Assembly: GCA_038087875.1 (NCBI GenBank)
Contig: JAXLNO010000361.1
Coordinates: forward strand, 58,999 to 78,998
Reading direction: 5' to 3'
Origin: Malacoraja senta
Taxonomy: Eukaryota
Length of the DNA stretch: 20,000 nucleotides
Position 1 is the first letter of the stretch. Every line of letters begins with the position of its first letter. The notes under the pieces were generated by a model. It ran no database searches. It saw only the letters and a program-made list of their open reading frames with translations, and was not told the DNA's origin. Below are positions 1 through 9,754 of this stretch, in pieces. A program made the position numbers and the translations under genes.

Positions 1-1183
1 CCGTGATCAAAATACCATCACAGCGAATGGGGGTTCGAGAAGGCACATCAGTGTTCTCCCTATCAAAGCGTGTGTAAAACGCATTGAGTTCGTCAGGGAG
101 TGAAGTTTCACTGACATGTGTGCTGCCTCCTGATTTCGCCTTGTAGGAGGTGATTGCATTCAGGCCCCGCCACAGCTGCAGAACATCAGTCTCGTCCCCC
201 AGCTTGGAGCAGAAGACCCTTTTTTGCCTTTTTGATGGCCTTACTAAGGTTGTATCTGGCCTTCTTGTAGTCCTCAGTATCTTCAGACATGAATGCCCGG
301 TGTCTGGACTTCAGAAGAATGCGGATCTCATAGTTCATCCATGGCTTCTGATTGGGAAGCACTTGGAAGGTTTTTGTTGGAATGCAGTCCTCCACACACT
401 TCTTTATGAAGTCTGTAATGACTGTGGTGTATTCGTTCAGGTCCATTGCCGAGTCCCTGAACATTGACCAGTCTGCAGACTCCAAACAGTCCTGGAGTTG
501 TTCCTCTGCCCCCCCCCCCCCCCCCCCCCTACCGACCAGCACTGAACAGTCCTCACCTCTGGGGGTGCGCTCTTTAATTGCTGCCTGTAGGCAGGTAGAA
601 GCAACACCGCAGAGTGGTCGGATTTACTGAAGTGAGGGCGAGGGATAGAGCGATGGGCATCCTTGATGGTGGTGTAGCAGTGGTCGAGGGTGTTTGGTCC
701 TATGGTGCAGCAGGAGACATGTTGGTGGAAGTTAGGGAGCGATTTCTTGAGGTTTGCTTTATTGAAGTTCCCAGCTTTGGTGGTAAATGCCTCGTGGTAA
801 GACGTCTGGTGTTTGTAGACCACGGCGTGCAGCTCCTCCATTGCCAGAAGGACGTTTGCTTGGGGTGGGATGTAGACCGCGGTCAGGATGATGGAGGTGA
901 ATTCCCTCGGAAGGTAGAAGGGACGGCACTTCACCGCCAGATGTTTGAGGTGTGGAGAGCAGGAGTTGGACAGGACTGCCACGTCTGAGCACCACGCAGA
1001 GTTGACCATGAGGCAGGCATCCCCTCCTCTCCCTTTCCCAGATGCCTGCATACGGTCCATATGGCGGATGGAGAACCCCTCAGTCTGGACCGCTGAGTCT
1101 GGGGAGCTGGGGGTGAGCCATGTCGCTCTGAAACAGAACAGAAAGCATTCCCTCAGCTCCCTTTGATAAAGCAGCCTTGCTTT
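1..1183 (-). mobile_element. Rex1/Babar-clade non-LTR retrotransposon (LINE), decayed; APE endonuclease and linker, running off the left edge of the window
   Basis: Minus-strand ORFs 437-1060 and 186-542 give CRPFYLPREFTSIILTAVYIPP, GNFN, TLDHCYT, SDH, LQDCLESADW and NQKPWMN. Further left the sequence reads LWRGLNAIT..LPDELNAFY.RFD. These are typical Rex1/Babar ORF motifs. Frameshifts are present, including one at the C21 run. Confidence 0.92.
509..529. repeat. C21 homopolymer inside the Rex1 ORF
   Basis: 21 consecutive C, coinciding with the frame change between ORFs 437-1060 and 186-542. Confidence 0.95.
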
Positions 1184-1204
1184 TGATCAGATTTCAATAT
1201 TATA

Positions 1205-1362
1205 ACTAGAACTAAACGTTGCATACTTTATCCTTTACCTGTGCACTGTGGACGGCTCAATACTATCAATGTTTTTTTGTTTTTTTACTGGATAGCACAC
1301 AAATAAAATCATTTCAATGTACCTCTGTATTCATGGCAATAATAAACTAATCTAAACTAAAC
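1205..1362 (+). mobile_element. 3' tail fragment of a LINE/SINE
   Basis: Ends in AATAATAAAC followed by short (CTAAA)-like repeats. Shares the motifs GATAGCA..CAAA and TTTCA.TGTA..TC with 7285-7445. The family is recalled from cartilaginous-fish repeats, not verified. Confidence 0.55.
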
Positions 1363-1622
1363 CACACAGAGGCATGGAGAATTAGGCCTGGGCTGTTTCC
1401 TGGAGTATCACATTTATTTGGAGGAAATAGTGATAGTAATAAAGCCTAAACCATTAAACAATATTTAAACCTACTTCATGATGAAATGAATTGCTGCAGA
1501 TTGATATCTTGGAGCATTATTTGTTCCAGTAGAGCAAATTATCGTGTTTACCAAGAGAAAACTGGGGGAAATTATTGTTTTTTAAAACCATAATAGCTGA
1601 AATGTTTAAAAAATGAATATAT

Positions 1623-1939
1623 TAGTAAGATTAAATGAGAACTTACCAGTTTGAAGTTTGATCTTTATTTTATGAGGAGTTACGATGAGGGATTACGTGA
1701 AGAGCCCACCAGCCCGCATGCGCGTCAATCTTCAAAGCAGCGGTGTGAAATCACAGATAACAGTTGATGAACTGAATATAGTAAGATTAGAGAAAATAGA
1801 ACTACCAGCTGACCTTTATGAGAGAGGGTTGGGTGCGGAGGGCACGTAATCCCTCATCGTAACTCCTCATAAAATAAAGATCAAACTTCAAACTGGTAAG
1901 TTCTCGTTTAATCTTACTATTTTACTTCGGAGTCACGTG
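1623..1939 (-). repeat. DIRS A right terminal extension and internal complementary region (ICR)
   Basis: 1623-1699 is the reverse complement of 1843-1919 (77 bp, 1 mismatch). The adjacent 1920-1939 (TTTTACTTCGGAGTCACGTG) is the exact reverse complement of the far end, 6286-6305. Confidence 0.97.
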
Positions 1940-2184
1940 AGTGACTACGTGAAGATTTCAAAGCTCTGTGATTTCATGCCATGAACACGAGTCCAGGCGT
2001 CACACACTGCATCAATTGACCAAGGATGAGTGAACATTAATAATGCATTCAGACATGACATAGATTTAGACATGCTGATGCTTTTTAATGAACAAATAAT
2101 AACAATAGTAACCCCTCTCATCCGGGAGGAAACTATAAAACAGAACCTAAAATAGAGATGGCAAATACCCCCGGTCTGGCAATG

Positions 2185-3090
2185 GGTTTGTTGTAAAATG
2201 TTTGAAAAGATTGTTCGTTTGACCATCCTGCAGCCACTAGGATGTGGTCCAGCGGAACGTCCATAACCCTGTTGCAGCCCTGGTGGAGTGAGATTTGAAA
2301 ATGTCAGTGTTCACTCCTGCACAAGCCAGAACCCAATTTAACCACCTGGAGATGGTCTGTACTGATACCTACTTATGAGGTTTTATGTAACTAACAAACA
2401 TTGCTAGTTCAGAGCCCCTAAGGCTCTAGTGACCTTAACATACTGTAGTAGATGTGTGACCACACACGACCGAAGGTCCATGGGGTATGCCCAAAAAATC
2501 TAGTTTGAGACCTGATGCCCCTGGTCTGCTCTGCTTGACTAAGTCATAAACATAAAATGTTATTTTGTCTGCAGATGTAACCATCCTGTCCAGTCGCAGC
2601 TTATGCAATGACTGGACCTATTGCGCTGAACCAGTGCCATGAGCATAACCACTTTGTAAGTGAGTTTGACCAAGGACAGGGATGTAGCTGGAGCCCTGGG
2701 AGGTTTTGAGTTGAAGATACCCTTATCTCTGCGTACCTGGGCCTGGGAGGTTTTGAGTTGAAGATACCCTTCATGAATCTGGATATGAGAGGGTGAGACC
2801 CGACAGAGTGGGTCCCGCTCCCTGCAGGAAATATGATGAGAAGGCACGTTTGGCACAGTTAATGGTACTATAAGTTAATTTTTGTCAAAGACCCATTCGA
2901 AAATGAACTCTAAGACGTCGGTTATCCGTGCCGTAGTATATGTAATATTAGCATTTAAACAAAATACTTCCCATCTCTTAATGAGGAAATGTACTGCTTA
3001 TCTGGTGTTATCCCTGCAATCTGTCGTGAGCACATCCATGGTTTGGTCTGACAACCCGAGCCGCAGGAACAGTCTTTTCAGAGTCTGCAA
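2185..3090 (-). pseudogene. DIRS A tyrosine recombinase, frameshifted
   Basis: KGIFNSKPPR and SLSLVKLTYKVVMLMALV..QR (ORF 2560-2856). Colinear with the YR of copies B and C. Boundaries are approximate. Confidence 0.88.
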
Positions 3091-4670
3091 GTCAATGAAT
3101 TGATTTTATCATGCATTAGATGGTTGCTCGAGTCACGGGCTGAACCAGCAATTTTTGTGTTTAGAAATAACCATATAAGGTTCTATTATCATTCACAACA
3201 TCTAACGGAAACCATGGCTGCATAGGCCAGTCAGGCACTACAAAAAATGCCTGAAGCGGGATTTTGCTGAATTTGTTGCAAGACCCGTCTGATGAGGCAA
3301 AATGGAGGTAGACATAAAAGAACATTCCTCCCCAGTGTAGCGAGAATGCCACATATTTTTTGCAACGGGTGATTGTGCCTGGATGCAAACATCTCGATTT
3401 TTAGTGTTCCATCGAGCCACAATGTCATTAAATACTTTGTGATCCAACATCCATTCTGTGTTGTCGTTGATTTTACGTGATGATACACAGCGCCAAATGA
3501 GGTTAAGTAAACTATCACCGGATACTTTGACTTGATTGCACCCATGTGATTAACATATGCCACCACCAAAGTGTATCAACTTGGACTTGAGCATGCAGGT
3601 TATGCATATTCGCACACAAACCTTTAACCCATAGAATGCACCTAGTGTCTATAGGTAGTTGATACCATATAACTGAAGAATTGATAACTCATGCAAATCC
3701 CATCTGCCTCCGTAACTAGAGATGGTATTAGTAATTTTCTATCTTTGAGCAATAGCATCAGTTTGTAATATAACTGAAGATTTACTGATGAAAAGTTAGT
3801 GGAGCAATGGTGAATACTGTTCGTCCACCATAGTGACTTTGATAGTTTCAGCTGGTAAAAGCATAGGTCTGTTAACAATGACCTACGTGGTACTTGAGAG
3901 CTTACTTCTTTGCACACTGTAAGTTCTGATAATGCAAAGGCCCAAATAGCACAGCTGAAAAAGCCACCATATTGCCAATTACACTTGATGAATAGAAGGC
4001 TGCTTGATAACAACAAGGTTGTTACAGGCTTCTATTAATTCCAATCTCTTGCCTCAGGGCGGAGTCACAGACAAATTAATAGAGTTAAAGGTAAATCCCA
4101 ATAAACAATAATTTTAGTTGGTATCAACTTAAATTTAACTGGATGGATGAGAAACCCAATTTCTCAAATATAGTTTTGTGGCTGATGCAGCTAATTTAGC
4201 AAAATACAGCGTTTAGAATATCATCCAGTTAGGCAATAACAAGTGTTTTTGAGCTCTGAGCAGCCGAAGCACTGGTTTTAGTAATTTGGTAAATAACCTG
4301 GGAGCTGAAGTTAGCCCATTTCGCAATGCTTTTAACTGTTATCATTGCCCCATCCAGCAAAATTTCAAATATCTCTGGTGATCCCTGTGAATGGAAACTG
4401 ATCCTATGGAAATCAGTTGTTAGACAGTAACAAAGTTTCCTATTCTGAAATGTCTATACTGCACATGTTATTTGAACCTGTTGACAATGAACAGGCCACG
4501 TATGCCACAATTGCGGCCATATTTCCGAGAACTCTGGCCAATTTCCGCGCCTGTCTCGCTTGTATACTGTGCAGTATAAACTAATCTCATGTTATCATTT
4601 TAATTTATAAACAGATCTGAATCTCATGTTATCATTGTCATTTGTACAAAAAACAAGTGTGAATATTACC
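3080..4670 (-). pseudogene. DIRS A pol: RT, RNase H and N6-adenine methyltransferase-like domain, disrupted
   Basis: RT: YLKFCW..ALRNGLTSAPRLFTKLLKPV, and *LDD at 4220-4231 (YLDD with Y changed to a stop). RNase H: LQTDA and VAYVNHMG. MT: EMFASRHN, FSLHWGGMF, PPFCLIRRVL, VVPDWPMQPWFP. Confidence 0.9.
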
Positions 4671-6150
4671 AACTTGTAAATGGTCCACATACCCCATGTT
4701 TCGGAAAGAACCAGACCCACCTACCTTCATGGTTATCGGTGGTTTTATGATAAGCCCAAAGGCCCCTGATGTGGGTTCTATTTCCATCCTTGATTTGGAG
4801 AGTAGGGCTGCTGGGGTGCATGGATCCCATATTTTTCCCTGAGGACCAGTTTGGGCCTTGGCCTGAAAGACCTGTGCCCATCTTTCAAGCTGCCACCAGC
4901 TTCAGTGAACCGCTTACTGCCGATGGAGGTGTGGGGTGTGTTGTCACCAACACAACAAAGCTTTGCTCGTCATTGGTACCTTGATTAGTCCGACAGCTTT
5001 TGTTTCCTCATCCCGGTCTTACCTGTTTGGACAGGTTTTCCCTGACGAGAAGATTCGGCGGCTAGACAATGCTGGCCTTACATGAGCCTGCAAATTGGAA
5101 TTTAAGGCAGGTCTGATGGCATTCTAGTTTATTTTGAAGTGTGCATTGCACATCAACACCAGGCCAGTAATCTTTAAAATTTGTTGGAGTTTCATTTCCT
5201 AGGTTTTCATGCTGCTTCCAATATCACCCCAGATAGCGCTGTTCACTGCTGGCACTTTCAGGAACAATTATAGGTGCATGGTATCTCACCGCCGGCACCT
5301 GTTCCTGTAATGATGGGACGTGAGGTAGCTGCTGCTTCGCGAGGGGAACTCTGGCCCCTCCGGGTTTTCTGCCAATGGCTGGAATCCAACTCTTCCAGCA
5401 GGAGCTCCTTCGTTTGCAAGGATACCCTTGATGCCATGACAGAAATTTCTGGAACCTCACGCATGTACTCCAGTATGTTCCCCGGACATACTTCCGAGTT
5501 TGGAGTCAGTTACCCACTGACCCCTCGCACTCCCCTTCACAGAGAGGGAGATTCTGCCGCAGGCCCCCGAGGAGACCTGCGCTGATATGGCCCCTCCATG
5601 GACCATATAAGGATGGAGCATCACCTTAGTGGGATGAATGCCCTGCGGATGCTATCCATGCTCCATCTGGGTAAAAACATCCAAGGATGTACCCATGTCG
5701 GAGGGGAACCCTCCTGGCCTGACTCGTCCCAGAATAGGCCTCTCAGACTCCGTTTGGCTGTAACCCTTTCTGGGCTGCCGGAGTCTGAAGTCGCCGCCGG
5801 CTACCCGCATTTCCGCGGTCCATAGCCGTGTCTTCCCACGGTCCCTGTAGCCGGGTTTCCCCCGAGCCGGGTTCCCCGCGGTCTTCCCACGGTCCCCGTA
5901 GCCGTGTTTTCCCGAGCCGGGATCCCCGCGGTCTTCCCACGGTCCCCATAGCTGGGTTTCCCCACAGTCTTGTGTCTTCCCGTGGTCCCCGCAGCTGGGC
6001 TTCCCAGAGCCGGGTTTCCCCATGGTTTCCGCAGCCGGGGTTCCCTGCGGTCCTTCTAGCCGGGATTCCCCGCGATGTCCGTAGTCGGGTTTCCCCGAGC
6101 CGGGTTTCCCCACGGAGCCGGGATTTCGACCCCGGAAATTTTTGCCAATC
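4666..6150 (-). pseudogene. DIRS A gag-like ORF1 remnant
   Basis: Lies between the left ITR and pol, and is broken into short ORFs. It has local similarity to the gag of copy C. No diagnostic motif. Confidence 0.6.
5815..6125. repeat. GC-rich hierarchical minisatellite in the DIRS A 5'/gag region
   Basis: ~50-bp units at 5830-5880, 5881-5930 and a partial one from 5931. They are built from an AGCCGGGTTTCCCC sub-unit that recurs to about 6125. Confidence 0.9.
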
Positions 6151-6266
6151 TCTGCAAGGAAAAAACAACCTGAAAATAAGTTCACAACTTACATGCAGGG
6201 TTTAACTTACCGCTGGAGGAGCAACGCGCCTGCCAGCCAGTCGTTGCGCCATGCGTTAGACGATAA

Positions 6267-6306
6267 TGACGCACATGTGGGCTGGCACGTGACTCCGAAG
6301 TAAAAT
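6267..6306 (-). repeat. DIRS A left ITR
   Basis: 6267-6285 is inverted to 1709-1727 (2 mismatches), and 6286-6305 is complementary to the ICR. About 9 nt are missing relative to the right ITR. Confidence 0.92.
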
Positions 6307-7284
6307 TGATAATTCATAGGACTTGCAGAATGGATTGTTTGCACTCTTCATAATGTCGTTTCATTAGCCATAACAGTAATCTTGTATTTCATTCTCAAGG
6401 CATCTGCAAAAATAATCCACCAATAGTTCTCTCTGAGCTATTAAGCTCCTTAGTAAAGTAAAAACATCAAAAGAGTGCAACATACACCCTTGCAGAGATT
6501 GGCAAAAAATCGCTGTGCAAATAATCCTTCACTATTGAGAAAAAGAATGAAATGTGGACCGCACGTTAGCAAAATCAGAGCAAAGACATTAGGAAGGGAA
6601 ACAAAATCAAAGGAGAAAACAAATGCTGAGTAACATAACCAATTTATAAGAAAAATAGCAGATTGTTAGATCATCAATAATTAAAGTGGTGAAGGACGCT
6701 GGAAAAGAATGAAGAGATAAATAACTAAGACAAAGCTAAATAACTAAGAAGGGTGAGTAAATAGCTCATTGATCTTTTTCACACTGCTTGCCATTATTAA
6801 CTGTTTGGCATCGTTGTGGTGATAACAGTGTAGTGAATAATCTAGCATTAATTCTGGCATTAATTGAAACTGATATTTTTTCCAAAGATATACCACAGCA
6901 TGATGCACAAGAAGTTGAGTTACCAAATGCAGCCTGATTAATTAAAAGGAGTGTGGAAGGCCTGATGAAATGGCTAAATGGAGTTACATGGGGTAAAGTT
7001 AAGGAATGAATGATGAAGCAGTATAAAACCACTGAAGATCATCAACTCTGAAGCTAAACATGACAATAAGGGGAATTTGAAAGTACTTATATTTGGGCAG
7101 CCATGTGGAAATGAAGACAACAAATCCAGAAAGAGACCATATAATGAATGGAAATAATAAGAATGGAAAATGCTAAAAGTCACTAATGCTGTAAATTCAT
7201 CAGTTTAATATTCAGCATTAGTAAATAAAACAGATCTAATCTAAAAGCAGTGAACTCAGACATTCAGCATGCTGTCTATGGAAC

Positions 7285-7445
7285 TGATGCACTATTGTGC
7301 TGGGAACTACATTCTGCACTCTGTATCTCCCCCTTTGTTCTATTTATTTTATTTGTGTTTGACGTGATTGTTTTTATGTATAGTATTATCTGATCTGATT
7401 AGATCAGCATGTGAAACAAAGCTTTTCACTGTATTTCGATATACC
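7285..7445 (+). mobile_element. LINE 3'-UTR remnant
   Basis: GATCTGATTAGATCAGCATGTGAAACAAAGCTTTTCACTGTA resembles the tail motif at 1288-1330. Family uncertain. Confidence 0.45.
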
Positions 7446-7860
7446 TTTGAAGCCAGGAACATTTTGCTAAGCCAAAATTGGTGAAAGTTATACAGCTTTT
7501 AAATGGGTGAATAGTGGCAGGCAAATTACAGATTCAGATTAGTTTGTTGTCATGTATTTCACGGTGCCATGCAATCCCTTGTTCACACTGTTTCCAGAGA
7601 GGACCGCTCCATAATTGTGCAGATGGTGGAATCATTCGAGACAAAAGTATGTAAAACAGGGCAAGTTAAGAAACAAAATAAAACATTGACAGCAGTATGT
7701 CCACAGTAATATAACATGAAAATATGCCCTGCCCTGTCCTCTATTGGTCTTAAAGAGAAAAGTGACACCCAGTGCTCTTTCATGGTTGTGCAGCAGTTAT
7801 GAGGATTACTTAAAACTGAATCGGAAACATAGTGACCTGTGATATTGCTTCAACCAACTA

Positions 7861-9135
7861 CAGTGCATTCAGAAAGTATTCAGACCCCTTCACCATTGTC
7901 CACATTTTGTTACATTACATCCTTATTTTAAAACGGATTACATTTTTTTTAAATCACCAACCTACACACAATACCCCTGAATGAAGAAGCGAAATCAAGT
8001 AATTAAAAAGAAATAACTAATATCACATTTACATAAGTATTCAGACCCTTTGCTACGACACTCAAAATCTAGCTTAGGTTCATCCTGTTTCCATTGATTA
8101 TCCACAAGATGTTTCAACAACGTGATTGGAGTACACCAGTGGTAAATTTAATTGATTGGACATGATTTGGAAAGGCACACACCTGTCTATATAAGATCCC
8201 ACAGTTGACAGTGCATGTCAGAGCAAAAACCAAGCCAAGAAAACAAAGGAATTGTCTGGAGATCTCTGAGACGGGATGTTGTCGAGACACGGATCTGGGG
8301 AAGGGTATAAAACAATTTATGCAGCATTGCAGACCCCAAAGAGCACAGTGGCCTCTGTCATTCTTAAATGGAAGAACTTTGGAACCACCAGGACTCTTCA
8401 TAGAGCTGGCTGCCTGGCCAAACTGAGGAATCAGGAGAAAAAGGCCTTGGTCAGGGAGGTGACCAAGAACTCGATGGTCACTCTGACTCTCACCTGGCCA
8501 ATACCATACCTACGGTGAAGCATGGTGGTGGCAGCATCGTGCTGTGGGGATGTTTTTCAGCGGCAGGAACTGGGAGACTAGTCAGGATCGAGGGAAAGAT
8601 GAACGGAGCAAAGTACAGAGAGATCCTTGATGAAAACCTGCTCCAGAGCATTCTGGACCTCAGACTGGGGCGGAGGTCCAATCTGTGGATGTCCTTGAAT
8701 GGCCCAGCCAGAGCCCGGACTTGAACCCGATCGAAAATCTCTGGAGGGACCTGAAAATAGCTGTGCATCGACGCTCCCCATCCATCATGACAGAGCTTGA
8801 GAGGATCTGCAGAGAAGAATGGGAGAAATTACCCCAAAACAGGTGTGCCAAGCTTGTAGTGTCATCCCCAAGAAGACTTGAGGCTGTAATTGCTGCCAAA
8901 GGTGCGTCAACAAAGTACCGAGTAAAGGGTGTGAATACTTGTGTAAATGTGATATTTCAGTTATTTATTTTTAATTAATAAACAAAAATTTCTAAACACC
9001 TTTTTGCTTTTTCATTATGGGGTATTGTGTGTAGATTGATGATAAAAAAATGAATTTAATCCATTTTAGAATAAGGCTGTAACGTAACAAAATGTGGAAA
9101 AAGTCAAGGGGTCTGAATACTTTCAGAATGCATTG
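7861..9135 (+). mobile_element. Tc1-family IR/DR DNA transposon, non-autonomous (internally deleted)
   Basis: TA at 7859-7860 and 9136-9137. Long imperfect TIRs at 7861-8051 and 8924-9135, beginning CAGTGCATTC. The inner direct repeat AAGTATTCAGACCC occurs at 7874 and 8035. Confidence 0.96.
8236..8921 (+). pseudogene. Tc1 transposase remnant
   Basis: HTH region GEGYKTI..PKSTVASVILKWK, then [28 protein letters not shown] and AAKGASTKY. The two Asp motifs (WSDE, QDND) are lost in deletions at about 8489 and 8677. Confidence 0.95.
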
Positions 9136-9339
9136 TATATTCCATCAGCCTGCACAGTTTTTCCTTCTATGGACTTCAAATCTTTTCCTTGTGAATTTAT
9201 CTATATGTCATATTTCTCTCCAGTGGCTTGCAACCACACAGCCCGGAAGTTGCTTCAGGCAGGCAAACCCCTGCCCAGGCAACAAAAACCTAAATGCTTT
9301 ACATGATCAAACTCTGCCTGGTGGTTACTCAATTGAGCG

Positions 9340-9620
9340 TCAATAGTGTTTAATTGGCATTTACATCGGCAACTGAATACTGAAATTCTTATTTGCTGCA
9401 GCTTTACAAGGCCGTTAATGCAATGACTGAAAAATAAGTATGCAATAATCAATAATTGAATAAATTAATAATCAGACCATAATAGTGCAAATCCAAAGCA
9501 CATAATCCAACCAAAACAAAGTCTGTAGTAGATCATAGTTGCTGATGTAGGATTGTGGAACGTGTTGTGCAGTGTTGAATGGTTGCAGGGAAAATGCTGT
9601 GTTTGAACCTGGACGCTGGT
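9340..9620 (-). mobile_element. Old Rex1-like LINE 3' remnant
   Basis: The minus strand near 9575-9613 reads SRFKHSIFPATI, comparable to RFKNSFFPQAI at the Rex1 C-terminus at 19540-19570. An AT-rich UTR-like tract follows. Confidence 0.5.
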
Positions 9621-9754
9621 GTCCATGTTAAATTAGGGCTGTTCCCCAATCCAAGGCTGCCACGTCTCACAGATAGTCACAGTTGTACTGTTCACCATTT
9701 CTGTTGTCATGAAAAAGCACCTGCATTTGCACCTAACAGGACGTAATCAGAGAG

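Larger units (their letters stand above)
1621..6306 (-). mobile_element. DIRS1-type tyrosine-recombinase retrotransposon, copy A (both ends present, heavily decayed)
   Basis: Left ITR 6267-6306, right ITR 1621-1727, ICR 1843-1939. Gag, RT, RNase H, MT and YR remnants lie between them in the canonical DIRS order. Confidence 0.95.

Noticed and set aside
150..1166. Plus-strand ORFs over the LINE, and similar antisense ORFs over the DIRS and Penelope elements
   Set aside because: They are antisense shadows of TE coding sequence with no independent evidence.
1612..1633. Flank TGAATAT resembling the internal TGAATATAGTAAG (1773-1785), suggesting homology-guided targeting
   Set aside because: The match is short and AT-rich, and the flanks of copies B and C do not show it.
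6310..7260. AT-rich tract with short ORFs
   Set aside because: No recognisable protein motifs or repeat structure apart from the 21-mer reported above.
7530..7600. Possible further LINE tail (GATTCAGATT..TTGTCA) on the minus strand
   Set aside because: Too short and degenerate to support a call.
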